Part shown: positions 49,874 to 62,748 of the stretch, one piece after another
Layout of the letters: the number at the start of each line of letters is the position of its first letter
Position numbering within the stretch: position 1 is the first letter of the stretch
From: an uncultured Actinomycetes bacterium
Lineage (GTDB): Bacteria > Actinomycetota > Thermoleophilia > UBA2241
DNA: 64,000 nucleotides
NCBI GenBank assembly: GCA_963767005.1
Contig: CAVYCN010000011.1
Location: forward strand, 45,108-109,107
Direction of reading: 5' to 3'
Made by a program: the position numbers and the translations under genes
Notes under the pieces: model-generated
The model's input: only the letters and a program-made list of their open reading frames with translations
What the model was told of the DNA's origin: nothing
Database searches by the model: none

Positions 49874-50811
49874 CAGCCGCCCTCGTCGTCGGGCCTGATC
49901 ACCTTGAGCTGCACCAGGCCGACCGCCAGCATGACCACGAACAGGATGATGCCGTAGAGCGCGGCGGTGCCGAACTGGCCGAGCGAGAAGGCCGACTGGT
50001 ACACGAAGAACTCGAGGGTGGTCGTGCCGTAACCCGGGCCGCCGTTCGTCATCACGAAGATCAGGCTGAAGAGCGCCGAGAAGGCGCTGATCACCGTGAT
50101 CACGAACGAGAACTGCACGAAGCGCTTGAGCAGCGGCAGCGTCACGTGAAAGAAGACCTGGCGGCTGTTCAGGCCGTCGACCCGGGCCGCCTCGATGAGC
50201 GACGGGTCGAGCGTCGCCATGCCGGTCAGGAAGATGATCGTGTTGGTGCCCACCATCGACCAGACGAACGTCACGGCGAGCGCGAGCAGCGCCGTGCGCT
50301 GGCCCGACAGGAAGTCGGTCTTGATCGAGCCCAGGCCGATGTCGGCAAGCAGCGAGTTCAGCAGGCCGTTCAGGGCGAAGAACTGCACGGCGACGACGCC
50401 GATCACGACCCACGAGATGGCGGTCGGCAGAAAGTAGACCGAGCGAAAGACGCGCCAGCCGCGGACGTGCTCGTTCAGCAGCGTGGCGATGATGAGCGGG
50501 ATGCCGATCGCGAACGGCACCGCCAGCAGCAGCAGGGCGTTGTTCTCGACGACGCGCCAGAAGGTCGGGTCGCGCAGGACGGTGACGTAGGCGTGCGGCC
50601 CGATCCAGGTCGAGGTGATGCCGTTCCAGTCCGTCATCGAGTAGTAGACGGCCTGGCCGATCGGGATCACGAGCAGGCCGACGACCACGGCGACCGCCGG
50701 GATCGACATCAGGATGCCGGCCCGGCGCCGGCGGCGGGCGAGAGGGCTCGCTCGCCGACGGCGACCGAGACCGGCCGGTGAGCCCGACGCGCGTGCGGCT
50801 TCTACCGACAC
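49870..50811 (-). CDS. Carbohydrate ABC transporter permease (MalF-like)
   Basis: YFLPTAIS, LIEAARVDG, MTNGGPG. Confidence 0.9.
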   Translation of the reverse strand: MSVEAARASGSPAGLGRRRRASPLARRRRRAGILMSIPAVAVVVGLLVIPIGQAVYYSMTDWNGITSTWIGPHAYVTVLRDPTFWRVVENNALLLLAVPFAIGIPLIIATLLNEHVRGWRVFRSVYFLPTAISWVVIGVVAVQFFALNGLLNSLLADIGLGSIKTDFLSGQRTALLALAVTFVWSMVGTNTIIFLTGMATLDPSLIEAARVDGLNSRQVFFHVTLPLLKRFVQFSFVITVISAFSALFSLIFVMTNGGPGYGTTTLEFFVYQSAFSLGQFGTAALYGIILFVVMLAVGLVQLKVIRPDDEGGW

Positions 50812-50853
50812 TCTCTTGCTACCACCTGTTCTCGTGTCTGCGGGACGGTCCGC

Positions 50854-50880
50854 CGCGGCGGCTCCGCAGGAGCCGCCGCG
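50854..50880. terminator. Hairpin after the sugar SBP gene
   Basis: CGCGGCGGCTCC-GCA-GGAGCCGCCGCG. Confidence 0.55.
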
Positions 50881-50913
50881 ACGGACCGTGGACCATGGCC
50901 GGCGTTGGCGATC

Positions 50914-52224
50914 TTACTGGTACGAGCTGCCCCGCCGGCTCGCCGGCAGTTGCTGCAGGGCGTTCTGCATGGCCTGCAGCGCCGACTTGGGCGAGATGGT
51001 CTGGTTCAGGACCGACGGCAGCTCCTTGTTGCCGACGCTCACGATCTCGGGCTGGATCACGTTGTCGATCATGGGATAGACGGTCATGTGCTGCTTGTTC
51101 ACGAAGTCGAGCATCTCCTGGTTGACCGGGTTGGTCGTGGTGGTGCCCGTGATGGCCGGGATCAGGCCCGCCGCGTTGATGATGGTGGCGGCCTGCGACG
51201 TGGTCATGAAGTCGAGGAACGCCATGTCCTCGGCCTGGTTCTTGGAGTAGGTCATGGCCGAGATCCCGTCGCCGGCGAAGTCGACGACGCCCTTGATCGG
51301 CGTCTGCGAGAACGGTGGCACGAAGGCCGCGACCTTCGAGCCGAGCGCGTCCGTGAACTTCTGGGTGTCCCAGGTGCCGTCCATGATCATCGCGGCCTTG
51401 CCGGACTCGAAGTCACCCAGGTTGTCGGTCTTGGTGATGACGTCGGGGTTCGTGTAGCCGAGCTTGTGGAGCTGCGCCCACATGGCGAGCTGCGCCTGGT
51501 TGGCCGACGCCGTCCAGGGAATCGAGCCGTTGTACAGGCCCAGCCACTGATCGACCGGGTAGTTGCCGATCATCATGTAGCTCAGGTCGTAGTAGGGATA
51601 GAACGTGGCCGTGAGCGGCTGGCCGCCGTTGCCGTAGGTGAACGGCACGTAGCCCGCCGCCTTGATCTTCTTGCAGGCCGCGAGCAGCTGGCTCCAGTCG
51701 GTCGGGACCGAGGTGACGCCCGCCTTGGCGAAGATCGCCTTGTTGTAGAAGCCGATGTAGAACTGCGTCTCGAGCGGCATCACGTACGGGCCGTTGGCCG
51801 CGTCGAAGCTGTCGCTCGTCCACTTCAGGGCGTCGGGCTCGATCTTCGCGAGATCGGCGGCCGGCACCTTGCCCTTCATGTTCACGAGGAAGCTCTTGTA
51901 CTGGAGCGCGAACAGGCCGGTCCACATGACGGCGAGGTCGGGGCCGGTCTTGGAGATCGCGGCGGCCTGCAGGAGGGCGAAGTAGTTGTCCGCCGGCTGG
52001 CTCACGATCTTGATGGTGACGTTCGGATGCAGCTTCTCGAACGCCGCCGCGAGGTTCTGCAGAGCGGTCGCGTTCTGCTCTGTGCCGTAGTTGTGCCAGA
52101 TCGTCAGGGTGACCTTCGCCGTGCCGGGGCTGGAGGTAGAGCTTGCGCTCGAGTTGCCTCCGCACCCCGCCACCATGACCACGGCCATGATCCCCACGGT
52201 CACCGCGACCAGCCAACGTCTCAT
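50914..52224 (-). CDS. Sugar ABC substrate-binding lipoprotein
   Basis: Lipobox VAGC; FEKLHPNV, YNKAIF..AG..PTDW, GKAAM. Confidence 0.9.
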   Translation of the reverse strand: MRRWLVAVTVGIMAVVMVAGCGGNSSASSTSSPGTAKVTLTIWHNYGTEQNATALQNLAAAFEKLHPNVTIKIVSQPADNYFALLQAAAISKTGPDLAVMWTGLFALQYKSFLVNMKGKVPAADLAKIEPDALKWTSDSFDAANGPYVMPLETQFYIGFYNKAIFAKAGVTSVPTDWSQLLAACKKIKAAGYVPFTYGNGGQPLTATFYPYYDLSYMMIGNYPVDQWLGLYNGSIPWTASANQAQLAMWAQLHKLGYTNPDVITKTDNLGDFESGKAAMIMDGTWDTQKFTDALGSKVAAFVPPFSQTPIKGVVDFAGDGISAMTYSKNQAEDMAFLDFMTTSQAATIINAAGLIPAITGTTTTNPVNQEMLDFVNKQHMTVYPMIDNVIQPEIVSVGNKELPSVLNQTISPKSALQAMQNALQQLPASRRGSSYQ

Positions 52225-52370
52225 ACGGCCCCCTTTCGCCTGTATCTCCCGCCACCCGACGGCGCCTGTCGCGCCCGACCCAGGCGTGCGGAGATCGACT
52301 GCATCATGTCACCCACTATCCAGAGGGTGCAAACGATGCCGCGCTACTTATGCACGAAGCGCAGGCTCGA

Positions 52371-53342
52371 TTAGTCCTGTTCGTCGCCGATCGGGGTCCA
52401 GGCCTCGACGGTGGGCGCCGGCAGCGCGACGCCGGCACGGCTCACGAACGGCTCCAGGGTGCCCGCGATCTCGTCGTCGGTCTGCGGCCGCGCGGGGCAG
52501 GCGAACACCCACCACTCCTCGTCGTGGGCGATCGTCTGACCGGGTGGCACGGTCTGCAGCGGCGACAGCGACTCGACGTCGATCCCCCAGCCGGCCGAGT
52601 AGGCCTCGGCGCTGCAACCGCCGTCGGGGTAGCGGGCGCCGAGCTCGTACCGGAAGGTCTTGAGCAGGCAGCAGCCGCCGCTGAAGTAGGCGAGCCAGCC
52701 CGGCTCGTCGGCGTAGCCCAGCTTGATCGCCGCGTCGTTGGCCGCGTCGTGGTCGAGCACGACGAAGCGCCGCCCCCAGCGCACGCGCGGGTCGTCCATG
52801 CTCGAGTAGGGCCAGAGCACGTAGCTCGTGTTCGGCAGAAGGCCGCTATTGCGCTGCACGACGGGCAGCACGAGGCGCCCGTTCGGCGCGCCGAGAAACA
52901 GCGACCAGACCGCCATCTCGACCGGCCAGGCGCCCTTGTTGATGAGCCTGCTCGTCACGGCGATCGACTGCGCCCTGAAGCGCAGCTCGATCGACTTCAC
53001 GATCTGGGTCCAGGGCTCCTGCTCCTGCACGAGCAGGACGCCGTCGTCGAAGAGCTCGTGGCGTGCGATCGGGTGGCTGTCCGGGGCGTAGCTGCGCGGG
53101 AACGCCTCGGGGCTGTGCCAGACACGGTGGCCGCCGAGGTACTCGAACGTCGTGCCGTCGGGCAGGTCCTCTTTGAGCGGGCAGTCGTCGGCGAACAGGT
53201 TGGCTGCGCCGGGCAGCGAGACGTGCATGATCCGGGGGCCCACGTCGAGCGTGACGATCGCCTCGAGCGCGCCGTTCGAGAGGCGCAGGGCGCGGCCGAA
53301 GGTCTTGTACCGATCGATCGGCTCGCTCGTCATCGCCGGCAT
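52371..53342 (-). CDS. Mutarotase-like (DUF4380-type) protein
   Basis: GPRIM, GGHRVWHSPE, YPDGGCSAE.Y, ESLSP. Confidence 0.65.
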   Translation of the reverse strand: MPAMTSEPIDRYKTFGRALRLSNGALEAIVTLDVGPRIMHVSLPGAANLFADDCPLKEDLPDGTTFEYLGGHRVWHSPEAFPRSYAPDSHPIARHELFDDGVLLVQEQEPWTQIVKSIELRFRAQSIAVTSRLINKGAWPVEMAVWSLFLGAPNGRLVLPVVQRNSGLLPNTSYVLWPYSSMDDPRVRWGRRFVVLDHDAANDAAIKLGYADEPGWLAYFSGGCCLLKTFRYELGARYPDGGCSAEAYSAGWGIDVESLSPLQTVPPGQTIAHDEEWWVFACPARPQTDDEIAGTLEPFVSRAGVALPAPTVEAWTPIGDEQD

Positions 53343-53367
53343 CGGACACCTCCCGTCACTTGTGGCG

Positions 53368-53862
53368 TCATTCGCCGACGATCTGCACGCGGACCGTCCG
53401 CTCGCGCGCGCGTGAGTGATCGAAGTCGGCGAAGTAGAAGCGCCCGAAGTCGCCGAGCATCATCTCGCCGTCGACCACCGGCACGCTCTGCGAACGGCCG
53501 AGGAGCACCGAGCGCAGGTGGGCATCGGTGTTGAGCGACCACGAAGGCTCCTCGTCGCGCCCCTTGGCGGCCTCGATGTGGAGCGGGCCGGGGTGGTGGT
53601 ACTGCCCCTGCGTGCGGCAGGTCGGGGCGAGACCGTCGAGGATCGTGAGTAGGTCCTGCATGAGCAGCTCGGTGCCCCAGTAGTCGACGTCGTCCGACGC
53701 CTCCTGGATCAGCACGCTGCAGGTGGTGTGCTGCGAGAACACCAGGAGGATGCCGTTCCTGATGCCCGACGCGGCGAGCGCCGCCTCGACCTGCGGGGTC
53801 ACGTCGTCAAAGGTCGGCCGCCTGTCCGACCGTACCGTGAACGTCGCGTGATGTACCGCCAT
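53368..53862 (-). CDS. YjbQ/UPF0047 family protein
   Basis: HTTCSV..QE, NTDAHLRS.LLG, DFD..R.R. Confidence 0.85.
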   Translation of the reverse strand: MAVHHATFTVRSDRRPTFDDVTPQVEAALAASGIRNGILLVFSQHTTCSVLIQEASDDVDYWGTELLMQDLLTILDGLAPTCRTQGQYHHPGPLHIEAAKGRDEEPSWSLNTDAHLRSVLLGRSQSVPVVDGEMMLGDFGRFYFADFDHSRARERTVRVQIVGE

Positions 53863-53878
53863 CCTTGCCCTCCTCTGG

Positions 53879-54583
53879 CTAGTGAACGCTGTCCCAGGCC
53901 GCGCGCATCGCGGTGATCATCGCCTCGAGCATCGCGGCGGGATCGGGCGCCGTGAAGATGGCGCTGCTCGAGCCCGTGCCCTGCGCGCCGGCGGCCGTCA
54001 CGTCGTAGACGTCGCGCGGGCCATTGATGCCGGCCCCGTGGAGCACGCGCACGGCCGGGTCGACCTGCCAGACCGCCTCGCTTGCGGCCGCGACGGCGGC
54101 GCGACTGCCCGCGTCGCGCACCCCGCCGGCGATGAGCTCGGGCGCCTCGACGATGATGACGTCGGGCGCGAGCCCGGCGATCGCCACCGCGTCGGGCACG
54201 TCGTCGGCGCAGACCATCGTGGCCAGGCCCACCTCGGCGGCGCGCTCCATCGTGCGGAGGAGCTCGGGCCGCGCCAGACGCCGCTCGACGTGGTTGAGCA
54301 GGACGCCGGCCGCGCCGGCCGCGGCGAGCGCCTCGGGCAGGACCGCGCCCACGCCGCGGCCCGGCGGCAGCGCGTCCATGTGCTGGGCGAAGACCAGGAC
54401 CCGGTCGACCGCCGCGACGACCGCCGGGATGTCGACGTACTGCGGCGTGATCACGACCTGCACGCCGTGGACGGAGCTCAGCTCGTCGGCCCGCCGGGCG
54501 AGCTCGACGATGTCCTTGCCGTAGGCGTAGGCCTTGGGGCCGATCTCGAAGAACGGCGGGGTGATCGCCAGGTCGGAGCGCAT
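53879..54583 (-). CDS. Short triosephosphate-isomerase-like sugar-phosphate isomerase
   Basis: FFEIGPK, FAQHMD, LLNHVER, VEAPELI, GAGI, GSSS; archaeal-type TIM signature. Confidence 0.8.
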   Translation of the reverse strand: MRSDLAITPPFFEIGPKAYAYGKDIVELARRADELSSVHGVQVVITPQYVDIPAVVAAVDRVLVFAQHMDALPPGRGVGAVLPEALAAAGAAGVLLNHVERRLARPELLRTMERAAEVGLATMVCADDVPDAVAIAGLAPDVIIVEAPELIAGGVRDAGSRAAVAAASEAVWQVDPAVRVLHGAGINGPRDVYDVTAAGAQGTGSSSAIFTAPDPAAMLEAMITAMRAAWDSVH

Positions 54584-54585
54584 CG

Positions 54586-55974
54586 TTAGACGACCACCGC
54601 CTCGATCCCCAGTATGCGGGCGAGCGCGAGGAGCTGGGCCGTCCAGCGGCCCTGGGCCGCCGCCATGTGGTGCCCGGCGCCGGCTCTGCACCAGGCGGTG
54701 CACCAGTCGGCGATCGGCAGCGTGTCGTGGCGGAACAGGGTCTGCGGCGCCGAGACCGGGCGGGCGGCGTACGCCAGGAACTCGCCCTCGGAGATCACGA
54801 AGCGGAAGCGACCCTCGCCCATCGGCACGAGCGCCAGGTTCGTGACCGGCCCCGGCCGATAGGCGAACTCGAAGCCGGCACCGAAGCCGTGCACGCCGCT
54901 GTAGTAGATCGAGCTCTTGACCTTGACGGTGCCCGGCGCGGCGAGCGCCGGGTTGCCGTGACCGTCGTGCGAGAAGACCACGGCGTTGCCGTCGAAATCG
55001 ATGACGTAGTTCTCGACCGTCGTCGACGTGCCGGCGAGCTCCTGCAGCGCGAGCTGGGCGGTGCCGCAGCTCACGTCGCCCTCGGGCGCGGCGGGGATAC
55101 CGATCTCGCAGAGGCGGCCGGTGCCGTACGACGGGATGATGCCGACGCGCGGATCGGCCAGCCAGATCTGGTCGAGGGCCGTGACGATGTCGAAGCGATC
55201 CTCCTTGGCCGCCTGCTCGAGGGCGAGCGCGAGCCGGACGGAGCGCTCGAACAGGGCGGGCTCCATGTCGACCGTGTACTTGGCCTTCTCGGCCGCAACC
55301 AGGGCGTCGACCTCGCTCTGGGTGATCTCGCCGAAGCGCAGCGCGATCTTCTCGGGCTCGAGCGGCCAGACGATCGGCCCGATCTTCTGACGGAACGCCA
55401 GGCCGTCGACCATCAGGTCGGTCATGCCCTCGAAGGGATGGCCTATCAGGCCGATGCGGGCCGTGCGCAGGCGCCGCCGGACCGCGGCTGCCTTGACGAT
55501 CTCGCGCACCCGCCGCCGGCCGGCCTCGTCGTCCCACTGCGAGGTGATCATCTCGAAGTCGCGGCCGGTGCGCAGCAGGACGGCGGTGAGCTCGGGCATG
55601 CCGGCCATCCCCGAGTTCAGCATGATCACGTCGAAGTCGTCGTTCTCGCCGAAGCGGCGGATCTTCTGCGTGTTCCATACCAGGACCGGTGCGGTCGTGT
55701 CGATGAAGCAGCGGGCCGGCACGGCGCCCTTCGTGTAGGCCAGCTCGGTGGCGACGATGATGTCGACGTCTTCGGCGTTGAACAGGCGCGCCGCCGCCGC
55801 CGCCTGGTCCTCCTCTTCGACGAGCCCGGCGTGGACGACGTCGCCGAAGGCGGCGAGCGCGTCGGCGACCTCCTGCGCGGCGGCGGTCGCCGCCGGCCGC
55901 ATGTGCGCCGTCTTGTTGTAGTCGTCTTCGAGCAGGGCCATGACCAGGACCCCGATCTTCGGCTTCACGGCCAC
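54586..55974 (-). CDS. L-fucose/L-arabinose isomerase-family protein
   Basis: IGLIG..FEGM.D, PEGD, SHDG, GPVT, GAGHH. Confidence 0.8.
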   Translation of the reverse strand: MAVKPKIGVLVMALLEDDYNKTAHMRPAATAAAQEVADALAAFGDVVHAGLVEEEDQAAAAARLFNAEDVDIIVATELAYTKGAVPARCFIDTTAPVLVWNTQKIRRFGENDDFDVIMLNSGMAGMPELTAVLLRTGRDFEMITSQWDDEAGRRRVREIVKAAAVRRRLRTARIGLIGHPFEGMTDLMVDGLAFRQKIGPIVWPLEPEKIALRFGEITQSEVDALVAAEKAKYTVDMEPALFERSVRLALALEQAAKEDRFDIVTALDQIWLADPRVGIIPSYGTGRLCEIGIPAAPEGDVSCGTAQLALQELAGTSTTVENYVIDFDGNAVVFSHDGHGNPALAAPGTVKVKSSIYYSGVHGFGAGFEFAYRPGPVTNLALVPMGEGRFRFVISEGEFLAYAARPVSAPQTLFRHDTLPIADWCTAWCRAGAGHHMAAAQGRWTAQLLALARILGIEAVVV

Positions 55975-56024
55975 TGTGTCACCTCCGGTCGGTCTGATTG
56001 ATCAGTGTCTCGTCTTGTCGGTCG

Positions 56025-57560
56025 TCACGAGGGCGTGCCACCCGCGTAGAGCGGCCGGAGCGCCTCGAAGAGCTCGATGTAGCGAGCGTAGGCGTGATCG
56101 TAGGCGGCATGGACCGCCGGGTCGGGCTCGTAGCGCTGTCCCGTCCTCACCATCGCCGTCGCGGCCTCGGCGAGGTCGCCGTAGATGCCCGCGGCGACGC
56201 CGGCGAGCATCGCGTCGCCGCGCACCGCGGCGTCCTCGCCCTGCAGCGTGACGACCGGCAGGCCGCAGGTGTCTGCCTTGATCTGGTTCCAGAGCGCGCT
56301 GCGAGCGCCTCCGCCGTGCGACCGGATCTCGCGCGCCTGCGTCCCCGCGGCGGCCAGCAGCTCCAGGTTGCGGCGCAGCATGAAGGCGACCGCCTCGAGC
56401 ACGGCGCGCACAAAATGTCCCTTGCCGTGGTGGAGCGTGAAACCGTAGAAGGCGCCGCGCGCGCCCGGCTCGTACTCTGGGCTGAAGGCGCCCATCAGGT
56501 GGGGCAGCATGGTCAGCCCGTCGCAGCCCGGGGCGACGGGCGCGGCGAGCGCCGTCAGCAGGTCGTAGGCGCTGCCGCCCTGGCGCTCGGCCTGAGCGAT
56601 CTCCTCGCCGCCGAACTGGTTGCGAAACCAGGTCAGCGCCATGCCGCCGGTGGGGCACACCGGACAGTACAGGTAGCGGTCGGGCGCGGAGTGGATGTAG
56701 ACCGGCGTCTGACGGCCCGGATCGAGGCCGTGACGGTCGACCGACGCCTGTAGCGTGAGCGCCCCGCCGCTGCTCTCCGAGACGACGCCGGGGGCCACGT
56801 TGCCGACCCCCACCGCGCCTGAGCACTGGTCCATGCCACCCGTCACGACGAGCGTGCGCGCGGTGAGGCCGAGCGCCTCGGCGGCGGCCGGCGTGAGGCT
56901 GCCGACGACGCTGCCCGGCGCGACCACGTCGGGCAACCGCTCGGGGCCGACGCCGACGATCTCGAGCATCGGCTCCCACCAGCGCCGCGCCACGATGTCG
57001 AAAAGCAGCGACGTGCAGGCGACGCTGCCCTCGGTGACAAAGCGGCCGGTCAGCCGCTGCACGATGAAGTCCTCGACCAGCAGGAACCGGCCGGCGCCAG
57101 CGAACACCTCAGGCTCGTGCCGGCGCCACCAGAGCAGCTTGCAGGCCGTCCAGGTGGCGACCACGGTGGGCACGCCGGTGACGGCGTAGACGGTCGCCTC
57201 GTCGAGCCGCTCCGCGATCTCGAGCGCCTCGGTGGTCGCCCGGTTGTCGAGCCAGACGAGCGCCGGGGCGAGCGGACGTCCGGCATCGTCGACGGCGATC
57301 ACGGTCTCGCCCTGGCTGGACACGGCGAGCGCCGCGACGTCCGCCGGGGCGACGGACGAGCCGCTCAGGACCTTGGCGACCGCGGCGGTCGTCGCCCGCC
57401 AGTAGAGGTCGGGGTCGAGCTCGGCACGATCGGGGCCGGGATGGTCGAGCCGGTACTCCTCGGTGGCTGTCGCGAGACGTGCGCCCGCCGCCGAGAAGAG
57501 GCCCGCCTTGACCGACGTCGTGCCGACGTCGAGCCCGATGAGGTAGTCCATGCCCGACAT
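56025..57560 (-). CDS. FGGY-family carbohydrate kinase (xylulokinase-like)
   Basis: GLDVGTTSVK, WLDNR, GGMDQ, RAVLEAVA, GGGARS..WNQIKAD. Confidence 0.92.
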   Translation of the reverse strand: MSGMDYLIGLDVGTTSVKAGLFSAAGARLATATEEYRLDHPGPDRAELDPDLYWRATTAAVAKVLSGSSVAPADVAALAVSSQGETVIAVDDAGRPLAPALVWLDNRATTEALEIAERLDEATVYAVTGVPTVVATWTACKLLWWRRHEPEVFAGAGRFLLVEDFIVQRLTGRFVTEGSVACTSLLFDIVARRWWEPMLEIVGVGPERLPDVVAPGSVVGSLTPAAAEALGLTARTLVVTGGMDQCSGAVGVGNVAPGVVSESSGGALTLQASVDRHGLDPGRQTPVYIHSAPDRYLYCPVCPTGGMALTWFRNQFGGEEIAQAERQGGSAYDLLTALAAPVAPGCDGLTMLPHLMGAFSPEYEPGARGAFYGFTLHHGKGHFVRAVLEAVAFMLRRNLELLAAAGTQAREIRSHGGGARSALWNQIKADTCGLPVVTLQGEDAAVRGDAMLAGVAAGIYGDLAEAATAMVRTGQRYEPDPAVHAAYDHAYARYIELFEALRPLYAGGTPS

Positions 57561-57566
57561 CCCGGG

Positions 57567-58382
57567 CTAGGCCAGGCCGTGCTTCTCCGCCGCCGCGGCC
57601 GGCTCGACGCCCTGCTTGACGACCTCCTGCAGCGCCTCGAGGAACCGCTCGGGCTCGCGCGCGCAGACCACGTTGCGACCGAACACGACGCCCCGGGCGC
57701 CGTCGTGGATGGCGGTCGCCGCGAGCTCGAGGGCATCGACCTCGGAATCCATCTTCTTGGAGCCCAGCGCCAGGATCGGCACCGGGGTCGAGGCCACGAC
57801 CTCGGCGAAGCGCTCGCCGGTGTGGAACGTCTTGATGAGATCGACACCGAGCTCGGCGACGATCCGGCAGCCGATCGAGATCTGCTCGTGGCGCTCCTCG
57901 GGCGCGAGGTCCTCGTGACCGGCCGGGTAGACCTCGCCGACGATGGGCACCCCGACCTCGCGCTTCTCGGCCACGCAGGCGGCGACCTGGGCTACGTTCT
58001 CGGCGTCGACGGCCTCGGAGCCGGTCTTGATGGACATGCCGACGAGGACGATGTCGGCGCCCAGCGCCACCGCCTGGCGCGCCGGGATCATCGGCACGGT
58101 GCGGCTCTCGTGGTAGGCCCACTGGCTGGCGTACTGGGTGCCCCAGTTCAACCGCAGCATGAGTGCGGGAGCGCCGCGCCGCCCGAACGTGCCGGCCACG
58201 TGCGGCACCATCCCCGGGCTCATCAGGATGGCGTCGGCGCCGCGCAGGCGCTCGACGAGGGTCCAGGGATGCTCGAAGCCCGGGCGGGGACCGTTGTAGA
58301 GCCCGTGATCGATCGCCACGACCACCGCGTTGCTGCCCTGATCGAAGAGGCGGCTCAACCGGATATCTTCGCCTGTCGACAC
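57567..58382 (-). CDS. Class I aldolase, DhnA/FbaB/LsrF family
   Basis: VAIDHG, AELGVDLIKT (Schiff-base Lys), GVVFGRNV. Confidence 0.88.
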   Translation of the reverse strand: MSTGEDIRLSRLFDQGSNAVVVAIDHGLYNGPRPGFEHPWTLVERLRGADAILMSPGMVPHVAGTFGRRGAPALMLRLNWGTQYASQWAYHESRTVPMIPARQAVALGADIVLVGMSIKTGSEAVDAENVAQVAACVAEKREVGVPIVGEVYPAGHEDLAPEERHEQISIGCRIVAELGVDLIKTFHTGERFAEVVASTPVPILALGSKKMDSEVDALELAATAIHDGARGVVFGRNVVCAREPERFLEALQEVVKQGVEPAAAAEKHGLA

Positions 58383-58714
58383 TGCGGTTCTCCTTTCGAA
58401 GACGTGTCGGAACGGGCCACCGGCAAAGACGACCCGACGATCGTCGCACGTTGCTGCCCCTCCTGGACACCGGACAGGATATCAGCAAGCCTGCGCACGC
58501 AGCGCCGATGGCGGAGGGGCGGCGGTCGCAGAGGCTGTCGGCGCGTGCCGCGGCGCGTGACCGATCGCGGTCGACGAGGTCGTCGCTATCCACTCCCCCG
58601 CCGGCAGGGTCCTCGCGGCCTCAGGGGAAGTCACCGCAACGGCGCACCGATCCCGCGAAACCGTCGCGGCGTGCGGTCAGTCGCTCCGTCGCTACAGCTC
58701 GGAGGTCGGACGGG

Positions 58715-59425
58715 CTAGGTCGGCCCCAGTCCCTTCGCGACCTTTCTCATTTGCTCCGAGCCCACCGACATTCGAACTATCCGCCAGGCCAGGCCCAAGG
58801 CCAAGGCTATGAGGCTTGCGTCGCAGAGTTCTGCGGCTTCGGGAGCCTTGGTAGTCATGCCCGCCAAGTATGCTATTGCCAGCACCTCACTAACGCCCCC
58901 GACTACGAAGTTGCCGACGAGAAGTCCCGCCTCGAAGCGGCGCACCCAGGGCGATGTCTCCCTGCCCTCGGGGACGCGCTGAATGCCCTCCCGGTTAGCA
59001 GCGAACAGCCACGCGAGCAGACACGCCGGGATCACGGTCGCCACCGTCGCAAAGAAGGTCACTGACATCTTTTGGTCTGTAGTGAACGGGAGATGTAGCT
59101 TGTATCTGAAGTCTAGGAATACAACAACGAACACAATTAGTGGAAACGATATGTCTCCCCACGCGTTTGTATTGAATACTCCGTCTATCGGATAAGCGAG
59201 ATAAAAGAGCACCAATCCCACAAATAATGCCAGCGCAATACAGAAGATGTTAAGGAGGATCCCTGTCCCAATTCCGCCGAAGGAGAGAACCCAACCAACG
59301 AAGATGAACCCACCTATGCAGATGGCGATGATAATGAGGAGGCCGCCGATGGCAATCCGCCGATACTGGTTCTCGGCTTCGGCGTACGCGCCGCTGTCGG
59401 GGGGCGTGTCGGCGAGCTCAGACAT
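58715..59425 (-). CDS. Hypothetical multi-pass membrane protein, markedly lower GC
   Basis: 236-aa ORF with about 6 TM segments; AT-rich codons unlike the flanking genes. Confidence 0.6.
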   Translation of the reverse strand: MSELADTPPDSGAYAEAENQYRRIAIGGLLIIIAICIGGFIFVGWVLSFGGIGTGILLNIFCIALALFVGLVLFYLAYPIDGVFNTNAWGDISFPLIVFVVVFLDFRYKLHLPFTTDQKMSVTFFATVATVIPACLLAWLFAANREGIQRVPEGRETSPWVRRFEAGLLVGNFVVGGVSEVLAIAYLAGMTTKAPEAAELCDASLIALALGLAWRIVRMSVGSEQMRKVAKGLGPT

Positions 59426-59481
59426 GAGGCGGAACTTAGCGACCCAAGACTAGGAAATCAACAGGCGGTGTCCGAGTCTGG

Positions 59482-59606
59482 CTAGCTCTGCTCCCTGGCC
59501 GACGTAGGCAACGGCTCGCCAAGGATCTGCTCGATCTGCGCAAACGACAGCGTGAGCTCTGGGCCAACCCCCCGCATCAGAAACGCCTTCAGCGGATCGT
59601 ACTTGC

Positions 59607-59610
<4 letters not shown>
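59482..59610 (-). pseudogene. Truncated small protein (MSKYDPL..LSFAQIEQILGEPLPTSA; DUF7662-like N-terminus), 42 aa
   Basis: ATGA-coupled to the hsdR stop; ends at TAG before the WWxN motif I expect in this family. Confidence 0.6.
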
Positions 59611-62708
<3,098 letters not shown>

Positions 62709-62748
62709 CGGGCTGCTCCGTCCCCTCAACGACCCTCCGACGCCCATG

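Noticed and set aside
52327-52342. LacI-type operator upstream of the sugar SBP (GTGCAAACGATGCC)
   Set aside because: Only a half match to the palindrome, a single copy, and no LacI gene in the window.
59482-59484. Pyl readthrough of the small hsdR-coupled gene
   Set aside because: The sequence after the TAG (PDSDTAC) does not resume family similarity and reaches TGA after seven codons.
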